The notes under the pieces: generated by a model
Seen by the model: only the letters and a program-made list of their open reading frames with translations
What the model was told of the DNA's origin: nothing
Database searches by the model: none
Source of the DNA: Antedon mediterranea
Lineage: Eukaryota > Animalia > Echinodermata
DNA length: 64,000 bases
Direction: 5' to 3'
Assembly (NCBI RefSeq): GCF_964355755.1
Contig: NC_092679.1
Location: forward strand, 13,685,432-13,749,431
Made by a program: the position numbers and the translations under genes
Shown: piece by piece, positions 39,801 through 48,855 of the stretch
Layout: every line of letters begins with the position of its first letter
How positions within the stretch are numbered: position 1 is the first letter of the stretch

Positions 39801-39885
39801 TATCATTACTACATGCAACTTCAACACCAATTGATAAATCCACCCATAAAAACAACAGGCAGCATATCAAGGATGTAGAGTCCAT
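6773..39885 (-). CDS. 19-exon gene, about 1093 aa: signal peptide + LRRNT + about 16 LRRs + Cys-rich (GCC2/GCC3, ephrin-receptor-like) repeats + about 9-TM membrane domain
   Basis: Hand-spliced with GT-AG junctions and a continuous frame: 39885-39698, 38498-38427, 37670-37611, 35675-35607, 34892-34821, 33675-33604, 33085-33011, 32203-32138, 30179-30111, 24520-24449, 24015-23953, 22646-22512, 12385-12317, 11654-11580, 11421-11350, 11107-11048, 9026-8851, 8728-7031, 6891-6773. Sum is 3282 nt (divisible by 3), with no internal stop. Confidence 0.88.
7031..8728 (-). CDS. Exon 18 (1698 nt): Cys-rich repeats + multi-pass TM domain
   Basis: ttacag|GT GGT TTC; GGFYQDK...CQRCPLGSF...CQTCPSG...CYCLDNFHRTDRFGPC runs in frame into ORF 7011..8510. 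Donor ACAG|gtaaga. About 9 hydrophobic segments. Confidence 0.93.
8851..9026 (-). CDS. Exon 17: linker + first Cys-rich repeat
   Basis: ttgctag|...|gtatgg, phase 2 to 1; ...TCNSMTSKCSPCKEGTYRLYDSTKCGKCPPG. Confidence 0.88.
9313..10409. mobile_element. Foldback-type MITE (possibly Mutator-like) with about 88-bp TIRs built of ctaagacc sub-repeats
   Basis: gggtgtcacaaaacctaagacc... / ...ggtcttaggtttcgtgacaccc; inner arms 9630-9890 and 10060-10320 are also inverted; flanks tgtttaaca / tgttaaaca. Confidence 0.85.
10527..10882 (+). mobile_element. tRNA-derived SINE with a Deu/Nin-like central domain
   Basis: A box tggccgagcgg; B box ggttcgaggcc; core cggataaggactataaaccgtaggtcc...ttaaagaaccc...aagagtagggggttaccccggtg resembles the Deu domain as I recall it; (taaaa)n tail; aataacat on both flanks. 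Confidence 0.8.
11048..11107 (-). CDS. LRR exon 16 (60 nt)
   Basis: tatttag|...|gtaaat; VYLNCCGLKSIPSNIGKFINI. Confidence 0.82.
11350..11421 (-). CDS. LRR exon 15 (72 nt)
   Basis: cctccag|...|gtatgt; IYLFDNPIKQIEENALSHMIEKGTV. Confidence 0.88.
11580..11654 (-). CDS. LRR exon 14 (75 nt)
   Basis: ctgcag|...|gtgaga; LFLYGNKISNITYKTLETQNTTLEYI. Confidence 0.88.
12317..12385 (-). CDS. LRR exon 13 (69 nt)
   Basis: tttttcag|...|gtaagc; LFLVHNNITFIEDGAFNGTNLYFL. Confidence 0.9.
12480..12720 (-). mobile_element. Degenerate second tRNA/Deu-like SINE
   Basis: Reverse strand contains agtcttctcggataaggac...cagtgtacac and a B-box-like ggttcaaggc. Confidence 0.65.
12940..13242. repeat. Near-identical tandem duplication (about 138-bp core, about 165-bp period)
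   Basis: attatctttcaatct...gatccaatattaacg occurs twice. Confidence 0.9.
13396..15933 (-). mobile_element. 5'-truncated, frameshifted L2-clade LINE (ORF2 RT)
   Basis: KPWYT, SNYRPVSNL, LLDLSAAFDTVDH, VPQGSVLGP, YADDTQ, LHWLPV; L2-like tail ending in (TAT)n at about 13400. Confidence 0.92.
16535..17118 (+). pseudogene. SGNH/GDSL hydrolase ORF of the type carried by Ngaro elements, frameshifted
   Basis: Blocks VGHSFV, RGGA, HLGENDI. The terminal DGVHL is displaced by a 5-nt duplication (ccgat ccgat, about 17010). Confidence 0.8.
17170..17395. repeat. 19-bp minisatellite (tatgtttgccttcgggcct), about 11 units
   Basis: gccttcgggc at 17175, 17262, 17281, 17300, 17319, 17338 and 17357, plus variant units. 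Confidence 0.92.
17570..22470 (+). mobile_element. Decayed tyrosine-recombinase retrotransposon (DIRS order, Ngaro-like): gag, RT, RNase H, YR
   Basis: Gag WRTYDESFR + Cys/His knuckle; RT SPLGVVPK, KYRIIQDLS, DIEDAFR, CLPMGA, HILDDF; RNase H ELFPIV, RCDNSAVV, HIPGVDNVLADLLSR; YR RLPIT, FFRIGEL, HKT, YKGHS; many frameshifts. Confidence 0.9.
20362..21686 (+). mobile_element. Non-autonomous hAT derivative inserted in the YR gene
   Basis: TIR caggggcgcagccag / ctggctgcgcccct; internal PVTSTEAERSFSTL...LSGLCLMNIH (hAT dimerisation domain); YR reading resumes after it; TSD only partly visible. Confidence 0.88.
22512..22646 (-). CDS. LRR exon 12 (135 nt, two repeats)
   Basis: tttcag|...|gtgagt; LDVSWNSLTSLEDRKIPAVKNLLLGKNNIQSISTKIFANMSSLQTL. 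Confidence 0.9.
22851..23572. mobile_element. MITE with TTAA flanks (Kolobok- or Harbinger-like)
   Basis: ttaa|aggccggtgcacactaaa ... tttagtgtgt...cggcct|ttaa. Confidence 0.65.
23953..24015 (-). CDS. LRR exon 11 (63 nt)
   Basis: tatttag|...|gtgagt; LHLAYNRLTEIPIFRGNIYGTL. Confidence 0.88.
24449..24520 (-). CDS. LRR exon 10 (72 nt)
   Basis: ttttcag|...|gtaagt; LKLADNNISFIHKDAFVALDSIYIL. Confidence 0.9.
24590..24730 (-). repeat. Dispersed repeat family B (ccga microsatellite; aacaagaccatatacatggc end)
   Basis: Related copies at about 38020-38095, 42740-43152, 52690-53470 and 63885-64000. Confidence 0.7.
25223..30016 (-). mobile_element. Academ (XPG-nuclease type) DNA transposon deletion derivative with very long inverted arms
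   Basis: TAA|TAGC...GCTA|TAA (3-bp TSD); intron-containing fragments with FDGAAIV, EEADSR, VDTDV, HAFTGSDTTSQFFGK (XPG/FEN1-like) and a C-terminal Cys cluster; arms 25245-27320 (minus the Helitron) match 29260-29990 inverted. Confidence 0.8.
25378..26792 (+). mobile_element. Helitron-like family A, complete copy, inserted in the Academ arm
   Basis: A|TC...CTAG|T; the empty site is visible in the other arm (rc of about 29850-29865). Confidence 0.85.
30111..30179 (-). CDS. LRR exon 9 (69 nt)
   Basis: ccatag|...|gtaagt; IYLANNKLRSIPSKAFQGGDIWLL. Confidence 0.9.
30218..30562. repeat. Tandem duplication, about 173-bp unit
   Basis: aaatatgacccgaagttac...tttatagcattttt occurs twice. Confidence 0.9.
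30650..31380 (+). mobile_element. LINE 3' fragment (Rex1/L2-group RT C-terminus)
   Basis: IVDFR...YKYLGTIIDKKLDW...QQRLYLLRKL...HPLH. Confidence 0.8.
32138..32203 (-). CDS. Exon 8 (66 nt), degenerate LRR
   Basis: tttttag|...|gtgagt, phase 2-2, open frame; IYISPSVVELSTGTYKLSTGSSI is a weak LRR match. Confidence 0.7.
33011..33085 (-). CDS. LRR exon 7 (75 nt)
   Basis: tttttcag|...|gtaggc; LRIDNTKLQMLGENAFAFTNGGSVEI. Confidence 0.85.
33604..33675 (-). CDS. LRR exon 6 (72 nt)
   Basis: tttttcag|...|gtaagt; LYLSSNDINIIEPFTFANNSKLSAL. Confidence 0.9.
34821..34892 (-). CDS. LRR exon 5 (72 nt)
   Basis: aatag|...|gtaagt; LSLKNNKITILRNTTFQGSTVITNL. Confidence 0.9.
35072..35545. mobile_element. MITE with short imperfect TIRs
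   Basis: tagtgagacttt...gacggtaaa / tttaccgtctc...aaagctcacta. Confidence 0.55.
35607..35675 (-). CDS. LRR exon 4 (69 nt)
   Basis: tttcag|...|gtaagt; IHADTNLLTDISTVFNDLPFLRIL. Confidence 0.88.
35811..37303. mobile_element. About 1.5-kb non-autonomous TIR element
   Basis: atagagttcagcg...tgacgtcacgacggtagatggcgctgcgtgg versus ccacgcagagccatctatcgttgtgacgtca...gaactctat (about 45-bp imperfect TIR). Confidence 0.75.
37611..37670 (-). CDS. LRR exon 3 (60 nt)
   Basis: gacag|...|gtaagt; INVNNNLLSKLPSLPKTIGNI. Confidence 0.88.
38427..38498 (-). CDS. LRR exon 2 (72 nt)
   Basis: tttatag|...|gtaagt; LYMNNNNLKEIDEDALSKLHKLGTI. Confidence 0.9.
39698..39885 (-). CDS. LRR-TM gene coding exon 1: signal peptide + LRRNT
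   Basis: MDSTSLICCLLFLWVDLSIG signal-like segment, then C...CEC....VDC.NRGL..WP.GIP.NT..L (LRRNT). Donor CT|gtaagt. Acceptor tag| at 39907 implies an upstream UTR exon. Confidence 0.9.
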
Positions 39886-39954
39886 TTTCAACAATAAATG
39901 TGACAACCTAACCTATTAAATATTGCGTTTATTTTAGAAACGTCACTGTGATAT

Positions 39955-40475
39955 AAAATCTGGTTTGATATTGAAATAAAATCATGATTGTTTCTTAAAT
40001 TATACAAATTGTATAAGCATTTCCAACTGAGTTGGTATCAACAAAAAAAGTTCCGGATTCGGATCGTGACATTAGTGTACTTTCACTTTACTTCTTTTCA
40101 TTATACAGTACCTGTTTTTGTCATAACATACTTATTATGTATATCATTTTTTATTTCCTTGTGGTAGTCAAGTTTTAAATATATCTATCGATTTTATTGC
40201 TTACAATCGATGACATCTTAGCCACATCTGCAAAAAAGTCTTATCATTTGCTCACCAAGGTCGCCTTTTCCATTAGACGAACGAACAAAATTGTATTTTA
40301 ACCCTTTGAAGACGCAAGGTTTCTACCCCAAATGACAGAGCTTAAATAAGGTATTAAAGATTAGTATAAGCTAGTAGATTCCGAAAATTCCCTGTTAATG
40401 GCTTTTCCAACAACTTTCTTACTCTTACTTCTTGAATCGGAGGTATCTCTGGCGGGAATTTAATAAGTCAGAGAG
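39955..40475. repeat. Upstream/5' region of the LRR-TM gene, duplicated at 43481-44015
   Basis: About 520-bp near-identical direct copy (aaatctggtttgatattg...taagtca-agagaat). Confidence 0.92.
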
Positions 40476-42079
40476 AATGATACAAACCATAATACGATTG
40501 GTTAATTAATAGCGTGACAATCGTTTCCTGGTTATGACGTGACAGTGGTGGCGCCAGCCAGCCCCCCCCCCCCTCCCCCCGTCAGGGAAAGCTGGAGGAG
40601 TCGGGGAGTATTGCCCATATTTGTCGGGGAGATAAATATGATCATTTCTTTTCTGGTAAAAAATAAAACCATATTAAGTGTACTACTATATATTTGAAGT
40701 AACTGCGGCATTCCATTTTTGACGTACGTACGATTTACTGACAGCGAAGTAAACAGTATGATGTGGTACGCATTTGTCTGGCGGTGTCTCTTTGTACGAA
40801 TCTTTCATGGCTCACTGTGGTATACCTGTCGACATATCTGGGCTTTATCATATTACATCCAGGGACCAAAATGTGTGATTTTCAGATTCCAGGCGAAAAT
40901 CGAAAATTCATTTGCAACTACGCATCGACGTACGTTCATACAGGGATAAAGGTACGAGTTATGTTCTCACGGTTGAGTTTACGAATTGTTTCAATTTACC
41001 AATAACCCTTGGTGTACCGCGTATATGTTCGCTGTCGATTAAAGGGGTTTGGGTGGGGGTTCGATTGGGAAAAGGAAGCGGTTGGCCTGAACCATAAAAC
41101 AGGGTCTGGTCACGTTTCTTTTCGCGCATAAATCTCGATCTAGGGTAGGTAGGTGAATAGGGTGGCTAGCCACCTCCCTTAATTCTAAAGGGGAAAAAAA
41201 GATGCACCAAACCCGTGACCGTCGCTAGACGCGGATTCGACGCCTTGACTCTTTTAATTAAGAAGAGTAGGCAAGAGCTATAGTTGAAAGAATTATTTAT
41301 GAATTCAAGAGTTTAAAAAGAAAACGCAATTTAAAATCATCGGAAAATACCCACAACTGAGTTATTTTCAAAACACATGCACTCCCACTACCAGCATCAC
41401 GTTGTCTTAGCTCGCTCCTCGTGTGAATGCTGACGTCATCACTCTCCAAAAATACACCATTTTCCGCCCTGGTCCGTGTGCAAGCGTTAGCGTGGACTTG
41501 TATATTTACACCCCTGTACAGAGTAGAGTGTAATATCGTGAATTTTTTCTCGCGTATGAAGGTTTTTTAAATAATGGTATGCAGTATAAACGATAAAAAA
41601 AAAATATAAACATGTTTTTTTATTATTATTTTATAGGCATAACATAAACATGAAATGTCTTGTTCTATGTACACGGCCGAAAAAACGGCATTTTATTGAT
41701 TTGTGTTATAGACACGGCGATTACGGCAATCATCATTGTATACGGTACTAAATTACATTGAGTTATTCACCCGGCTATAGGGTATATATCTGAGGTTAAC
41801 AGACCACCAAAGCACAGTCGTACACTAAACACATGCACTATCGAGGCATTTTCGGATCAAAGTTTATTATTAGTTCGTCGAAAAAGATCCGTATTAGAGT
41901 ATTTAGGAAAGATTTATTTAAATTTACATTATTATGTGACATTGTTATTAAATGTAATGGAAACAGTTGCTCTAGCCTATTAAACAGTGTGTAAGCATCT
42001 ATTTTTCAAAATTTTCTGAGTAATACGATTGGTTAATTAATAGCGTGACAATCGTTTCCTGGTTATGACGTGATACTTA

Positions 42080-42266
42080 AGCCTGTTTTCCTGTCGACGT
42101 TATTCGACGCTATCGTCGTTGATCGTTAAAAGTTCAACGACGAAGTTGAAATGATGACAATAGCGAGTACCATTTCCTGTAAATCGTTAACATTTCAATG
42201 TTTACGTAGAAGATCGCCGATTATTGTTAACGATAGCGTCGAATAACGTCAACAGGAAAACAGGCT
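42080..42266. mobile_element. Tourist/Harbinger-like MITE
   Basis: TTA|agcctgttttcctgtcgacgttattcgacgctatcgt ... acgatagcgtcgaataacgtcaacaggaaaacaggct|TTA. Confidence 0.85.
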
Positions 42267-43480
42267 TTAGTTGTTTTGGTTTATCAGGGTTTATGTATGG
42301 ATTATTAACTTTTTTTGTCTTTGTCTGTTAAAATGTTTAAAATAGTCGAACTTTATAAGTGTTTTTTATATTTTGAACATACTGTATAACGATAATAATG
42401 TTTATATAATAATAAAGGTTTATTTTGTGAAAATAACTGTAGGTTGACAGTAAGAATCCTTTTAATATTGCATAGGTATAATAAGTTCAGTTTGTTTAAT
42501 GACTAAACATTTTAGTTAGACTAGGTAGGTCCAGTTATCCTTTTTATGTTTTATCTAATTTTACGGAACAATATCGATAAAGTTACCTCAACACCAATCG
42601 ATGAATCCATTATTACACAGCAAGAACAGTAGGGACATCATTGCTACAGGCCATTACGAAAATATCGCAATGTGATACACACTGTGTACACATAGTGGCA
42701 TTTTGCGTTCACATAATTGACACCGTGTTTATACATTTTTATTCGCGTTGGACGCGTCTCTATAGTTCACTATGTCGGTTGGTTGGTCGGTCTGTCGGTC
42801 TGTCTGTCGGTCCGGTATCCCTATGCGTTTTATCGCTTTCTGACCTTATCTTGATATCAGTTTAATCTAGCTAAGTCAATTTTTCACAGTATATTCCTTA
42901 TGGCCAGGAATCGATGGGGTTATGTTTTCACGGTGCGCAATAAAAAATTACGCGGTCTACGCACGATTTAACGAAATCACGTTTGTAATCATATCTTCAC
43001 AACCATGAATCACAATTAAATAAAATTTGGTACTCATAAATTTCAGGGCATAAATCATCATATGGCAATACAATTACGTGCGTAGCGCATGTAACGCATC
43101 GGTTGATAAACACTAATGAGCACGCGACTGCAGCCATCTATATGGCCTTGTTATGAACACATGCAGTATTGGTTTAACATTGTATACGGTTTGACACGCA
43201 TTGTCGGAAGAACACACAGTGTGAAACACATCGAAAAGAGAAACACCGTATATGAAGAAAATCACAGTGTTGGAAGGAACCAGACATAAAAAACAAGAAA
43301 ACCTTTTCTCATTAGTTTGTTTTTATGGCTGGCAGCTATTAATACATTATTATACAGATATTGCCTGCTTAGAGGTGAAATATAAGATTTGACATCCCCA
43401 AGGGAATGATATTATGTTCGAGTTAAAATATATTTCCCGAAGCGCAGCTGAGGTAAATATATAATTCCCCGAGAATACAA

Positions 43481-44015
43481 AAATCTGGTTTGATATTGAA
43501 ATAAAATCATGATTGTTTCTTAAATTCTACAAATTGTATAAGCATTTCCAACTGAGTTGGTATCAACAAAAGAAGTTCCGGATTCGGATCGTGACATTAG
43601 TGTTCTTTCACTTTACTTCTTTTCATTATACAGTACCTGTTTTTGTCATAACATACTTATTATGTATATCATTTTTTATTTCCTTGTGGTAGTCAAGTTT
43701 TAAATATATCTATCGATTTTATTGCTTACAATCGATGACACCTTGGCCACATCTGCAAAAAAATCTTATCATTTTCTCACCAAGGTCGCCTTTTCCATTA
43801 GAAACAACTAGAATTTACGAACAAAATTGTATTTTAACCCTTTGAAGACGCAAGGTTTCTACCCCAAATGACTGAGCTTAAATAAGGTATTAAAGATTAG
43901 TATAAGCTAGTAGATTCCGAAAATTCCCTGTTAATGGCTCTTCAAACAAACTTTCTTACTCTTACTTCTTGAATCGGAGGTATCTCTGGCGGGAATTTAA
44001 TAAGTCATAGAGAAT
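43481..44015. repeat. Duplicate of 39955-40475
   Basis: Direct alignment; few substitutions and one small indel. Confidence 0.92.
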
Positions 44016-44616
44016 CAGTTTCCATATTGCAATAATAACAATGTATCCTAAATAAAAGCTGATTTCTTAACCTACTCATAATAATTACACAGATACTGTA
44101 CTGTATTTTTTTGTTAATTACTTAAGGTGTATTATTTAGGGACCACAGAGTGATAAAATAACTAAATACTATTGTAAAATGAACAACATGTAAACAAGTA
44201 GAGTGAATCTTCCCTGATATAAAGCGGTTTCTTTTTTTTTTTTATTTGTATTTTGAAAACAAATTAATATGTATTTTAATATGTTATTTTAAATTAACTT
44301 TTCTTGATTTGATCTCTGAGTTCACAATTACAACATATATTATGTTGGGAAATGGTGTGAACAAACAGTGCATGCCACTATGCGAACCTCACAAATTACA
44401 TAGTGTTCAATTCGGTGAAAGGTATCAATACCATCAATGGAATCTTCTAAAAAAAGTATATCTAGTTTTAAATAAATCGAAATAGTGTTTGTATGTCTGT
44501 AATACACACAAATACATAATTGGACATACATAGAAAATTCCTATCCACCAAAAATGAACTGATAACAACAAATTAATACGCTTTAATTGATAACGGTTTG
44601 AAAAAATGTCTGAGTC

Positions 44617-44796
44617 ATAAGGTTTATCGCAAATACCTTGATTTCGCGAGACACGTCATTGCACAATGCATGATGGGAAGGGTTTGGGAGCAATAGCGCC
44701 AACCGTATAATACAAACTTTATATACTGGTGGTGGCGCTATTGCTCCCAAACCCTTCCCATTATGCATCGCTCACGCAATTTTCGATAAACCTTAT
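44617..44796. mobile_element. Small palindromic MITE
   Basis: ataaggtttatcg / cgataaaccttat ends; inner 36-bp stem, 44666-44701 pairing with 44733-44768. Confidence 0.75.
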
Positions 44797-46928
44797 TGTA
44801 TATAGATATAAAATTAACACAATAAATACAAACAGTACAGTACAGCTATAACTAATGCAAACACTTTTTAAAAATGTTTCAAGAATTTTCGCAGTTAGGT
44901 AACTATATATTTTATTAAATCAATCATTTCATCATTAATTAACATCTTGTAAGCAATATTAGTAATATGGAATATAAAGTTAATTTACACGATTTAAAAA
45001 TGTTAATGAATGAAGTTTAAAAAGATAAAAAATGTGATAAGAATGATAATAATAGAGATTTTAGGGTGATGACATGAAAGATGATATTATTGTGGTGTTT
45101 AGGCCACAAAGGAGAGAAAAACAAGCTCTTATTTATGCGTATTGTTCTTTAAAAATAGGTCTAATTTACAATGGTATTTTGTAAGTACAAGATCAAGACT
45201 TATTGATGTATTGTATATGTCAGTAAAATTTACAGTTTACAAAATGGTTCTTTCTATAATCTGAATCTGACTACAGTATCATACAGTGTATGACCTTCTT
45301 ATATATACAAAATATTCATATGTCATACATACATTATACACAATGGCAATGATATACGACTATTTTTACCTACGTATCAACATGTTGTTTTCTCTTTTTT
45401 CACATTCATTGATATTCTTTTTAACACTAAAATTTGATAATTCCGTCATGACACAGTAATAATCGTAATAATATAAACATTCTAGTCACAACCAGGTGAT
45501 ACTTTCCACACTTTAATAATTTAATCAGATTTTTAGACTAACTTAAAACAAGCATATTTTATTCCTCTTTCATTACTATATTAAAACAAATTGAATATGT
45601 AAAGTTACAATGGAAACTTAACAAAACTGGCTATTACAACTAAAAAGTTAAAAAGGTTATTTTATCTTTTTTTTTAATCTTATACTATACAATAACAAGA
45701 GTTATGGTATAAATATTACCTCATTATAAAAATAAAGCTATATTATAATATTATTTTGCTACTCGGAGACTGCGGCAATTAACAAACTCATAGAATAATA
45801 AATAAAGACGCATACAACATAAGTTCTGGCTTAAATAGTTTAATTAGTAAATGAACATTCACCCATGTAAAACTGCACATTAAAGTCATAAGCAAATATA
45901 AGTTATATAGCAATAATTTTCCAATTCTAAGTAAGCACAACAGGGATGCTCAGAAAAAAATAGCCCGCGGCAGGTGCCAAGGCACCGCCAAGAGCAGCCC
46001 ACCAAAGTGCAGGAAAAAAGGAAGAATGTTCACTTACCCGCATGAAACTGAGATAAAAAAAAACAACCAGGAATCCCTGGAAGAGTCTCCAAAGAGACTG
46101 ATAGGTACAAAAATCACCATTAATACAACGATGCTCCCCATGAAAGTATACGCAGATACTTCATGGCAGTATGTTGAGCATCAGCACCTTCCACCCAAGG
46201 CTAATCCAAGGGCTCCACTACCGTACACTGCAATGGGAGCAAAGTTGTACTAACACATCGCAAATAAACATTACTGACAGAAAAAAAAACCAAAAACGCA
46301 TGGATGTGAGTTATAATGTAAATGTAGATTTTTATTATGTTGTTGAAAATTCGCAGAAATATAAATTATTCAATGAAATACAACAATACAGCTGGCCACC
46401 TCTTGAACATGATGAGGGAAATCCCTGTTTGCAGTTTATGACCGCCCCTTTGGAGATCTAAAAGTATGATGCTTTTTGAAGTTTCCGTAACAACCTGAGG
46501 TGATTGTCAATTAGATTGCCAAGGGCTTTAGGTTGTCAACAAAGCATGTCACAGGTTAAGATAAGATAAGATATGATAAGATAAATCTTTATTGTCATGA
46601 ACACAAGGCGAGCATAACATTGGTTTTCCTTGATGCTTAAAAACACATACAATATATAAAACATTAAAAATATCAATACAATACATTAAAAATATATACA
46701 GTTGTAAACAAGTAAAACAAACTATCTTTGAAATGTTGAGTTGGAAACATGAATGGAGTTGTGGACGATGTCTAGAACAGAATTGGTGAACTTTCAAAAA
46801 TTGTCTTCGGTTTTTCGGTTGGTTGATCCAATATTTAAATCAAAGACACAAATAAAATAAAAATATAATGTTTAAAGTACATTGTTAAAATATTAAAGTG
46901 ATTGGTTGACCTCATTATAAAAATAAAG

Positions 46929-48855
46929 CTATATTATAATATTATTTTTCTCAATGTGTGATTCTTCAAGGTCATCTTCATCGATTTGAAGAAGCAGTGC
47001 TCTACTCGCTTGACGACAACAGTCTGTTTTGAATTTCTTCAAAAAATCAACTGAAAACGAGAGCAAACAAATAATTTAATATTAATTTATAAGCAGTTGG
47101 CTGAATATGGTGGTTTAATATTCGTACATTTACATTATAGGCCTTCAATAAATATCTCACCAATTACGACTAGCATGATAGAAACATTCAGCATAATTAG
47201 GATAACGGGAGTTATCTTGTGAAGTAAACCAATGACGTCATCTTCATTGAAACTCTGATCCAAGTTTACGATCGCCCCAATGGATAGATTGGAATTGGAA
47301 TCTCTGCTCTGACTTCTCTTTCATTGGTTCAAGGTATAAGTGCAACACAATAAATATGACAGTAAAAATAGAGAGTAAGTGTCACAAGTGTCATAAGTTT
47401 TGTATTTATTTTGCAAGTCATGCTTACTTTTCCTTTTGTTTTCATTATTTGAACCTTTCTTTTGTTTTAGGAAACTATTGTTTGAAGCCAGTGGAGCAGA
47501 GTGTTTGTGTGCAGAGAAGGAGTGTGTGGAGGTTGCTGATTGGAGGAGAGGTGTAAGAGTTGAGTTGGTGTTTGAGTTGCTGATTGGTTGAGAAGGATAA
47601 GGTGGTGGTATGTGTGCAATTGAGGGAAGGTTGAGAGGGGGATGAAAATTGAGAGGAGACAGAGAAGGAGGGCTATGTTATGTTGAAGCAGAAAGGAAAT
47701 AAAGTGATACATATGAAGTTAATAAAGTGTGGGTTGGAAAGAATTATGGTGATATAGAGCTGAAGCAGAAAGGAAAAAAAGGGATATACATGAAGTTAAT
47801 AAATTGTGAGTTGGAAATAATTATGGTGATATAGAGCTGAAGCAGAAAATAGAGCTGAAGCAGGAAGGAAATAAAGTGATATACATGAAGTTAATAAATT
47901 GTGCGTTGGAAATAATTATGGTGATATAGAGCTGAAGCAGAAGGGAAATAAAGTGATATAGGCCTACATGAAGTTAATAAATTGTGAGTTGGAAGTAATA
48001 CTATAAGGCAGTACAGAAAGACATCAAGAAACATTTTAACTTTATATTTCATTTATTTATATGTCAGAAAATAGTTGCAGTTTGAGAAGAATTATAATTG
48101 GGAATACAAGCATAACGGGAGCAGAGGCGTGGGAGTTGTTTAGTTGCAGAATCGTTTTAACTTTTATCTTTCGAATTTGTTTTTGTGTCAGCGTAGGAGA
48201 AAAGGCAAGAAGGAACGATATTTGTGGACATTCATTGTTGTTTAATTATTCATCTTGTGATATTATTGTATTTGGAAGGGGGGTTCTGGGATTTATTTGA
48301 CAATAAGAAGATTGTTGATATTTTGTCTGGAAGGATTGGGAATTTGGGAAAGTGTATAAATTGTGTGGGGAATAGGGATACTGTATCATTGTTTGAGAAT
48401 TGGTGGGGGTTTTTTTGGGGAGGGGGGTGGGGTTTGGATTATAGAAGGAAGAATTGTTTTGTCAAAGATTATTATTAAATTTACTTTTTACATTTATATG
48501 TGTACAGTTGTGGCTATTTACCGTTGTTTACCGGTGGTTACCAGATATTACATGTCCGAAAGAGCCGTAATTGCGGCTGTTTGACAGTAAGACAAACTTG
48601 AGGACACGTCATCTTTCAAGTTTGCAATGAGTGCCAACAGAGCCTTGTTGTACAGCTCAAAGGATTCCCAAAACCAAAATGTTTGCTTGTATTGTCCCCA
48701 AAAGAACCTTCCTCCAATAATCCACCCTTTACTCTGATTTTTCTTATGTTGATCACAACGTACATTTTTATAGTATAGCATAAGAAATATGGCCAATGGA
48801 AAACCAATGATGTATATTAAAGCAACGTAAACAAGTGTTTTGTTAGTTTGATACG
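46929..48855 (-). pseudogene. Truncated paralog of the LRR-TM gene (3' part of exon 18 + exon 19), interrupted by a solo LTR
   Basis: 48587-48855 and 47161-47379 align to about 7031-7536. 46929-47050 encodes VDFLKKFKTDCCRQ...EKNNIII*. Net 23-nt frameshifting deletion near 47291. Homology stops at about 48855. Confidence 0.9.
47380..48586. mobile_element. Solo LTR (1207 bp), 5-bp TSD GTAAG
   Basis: GTAAG|TGTCA...TGACA|GTAAG; the intact gene has a single gtaag at about 7269; internal about 65-bp tandem repeats. Confidence 0.93.

Noticed and set aside
47356-48584. Short ORFs repeated at 60245-61518
   Set aside because: They lie within the solo LTRs, break differently in the two copies and have no protein motifs
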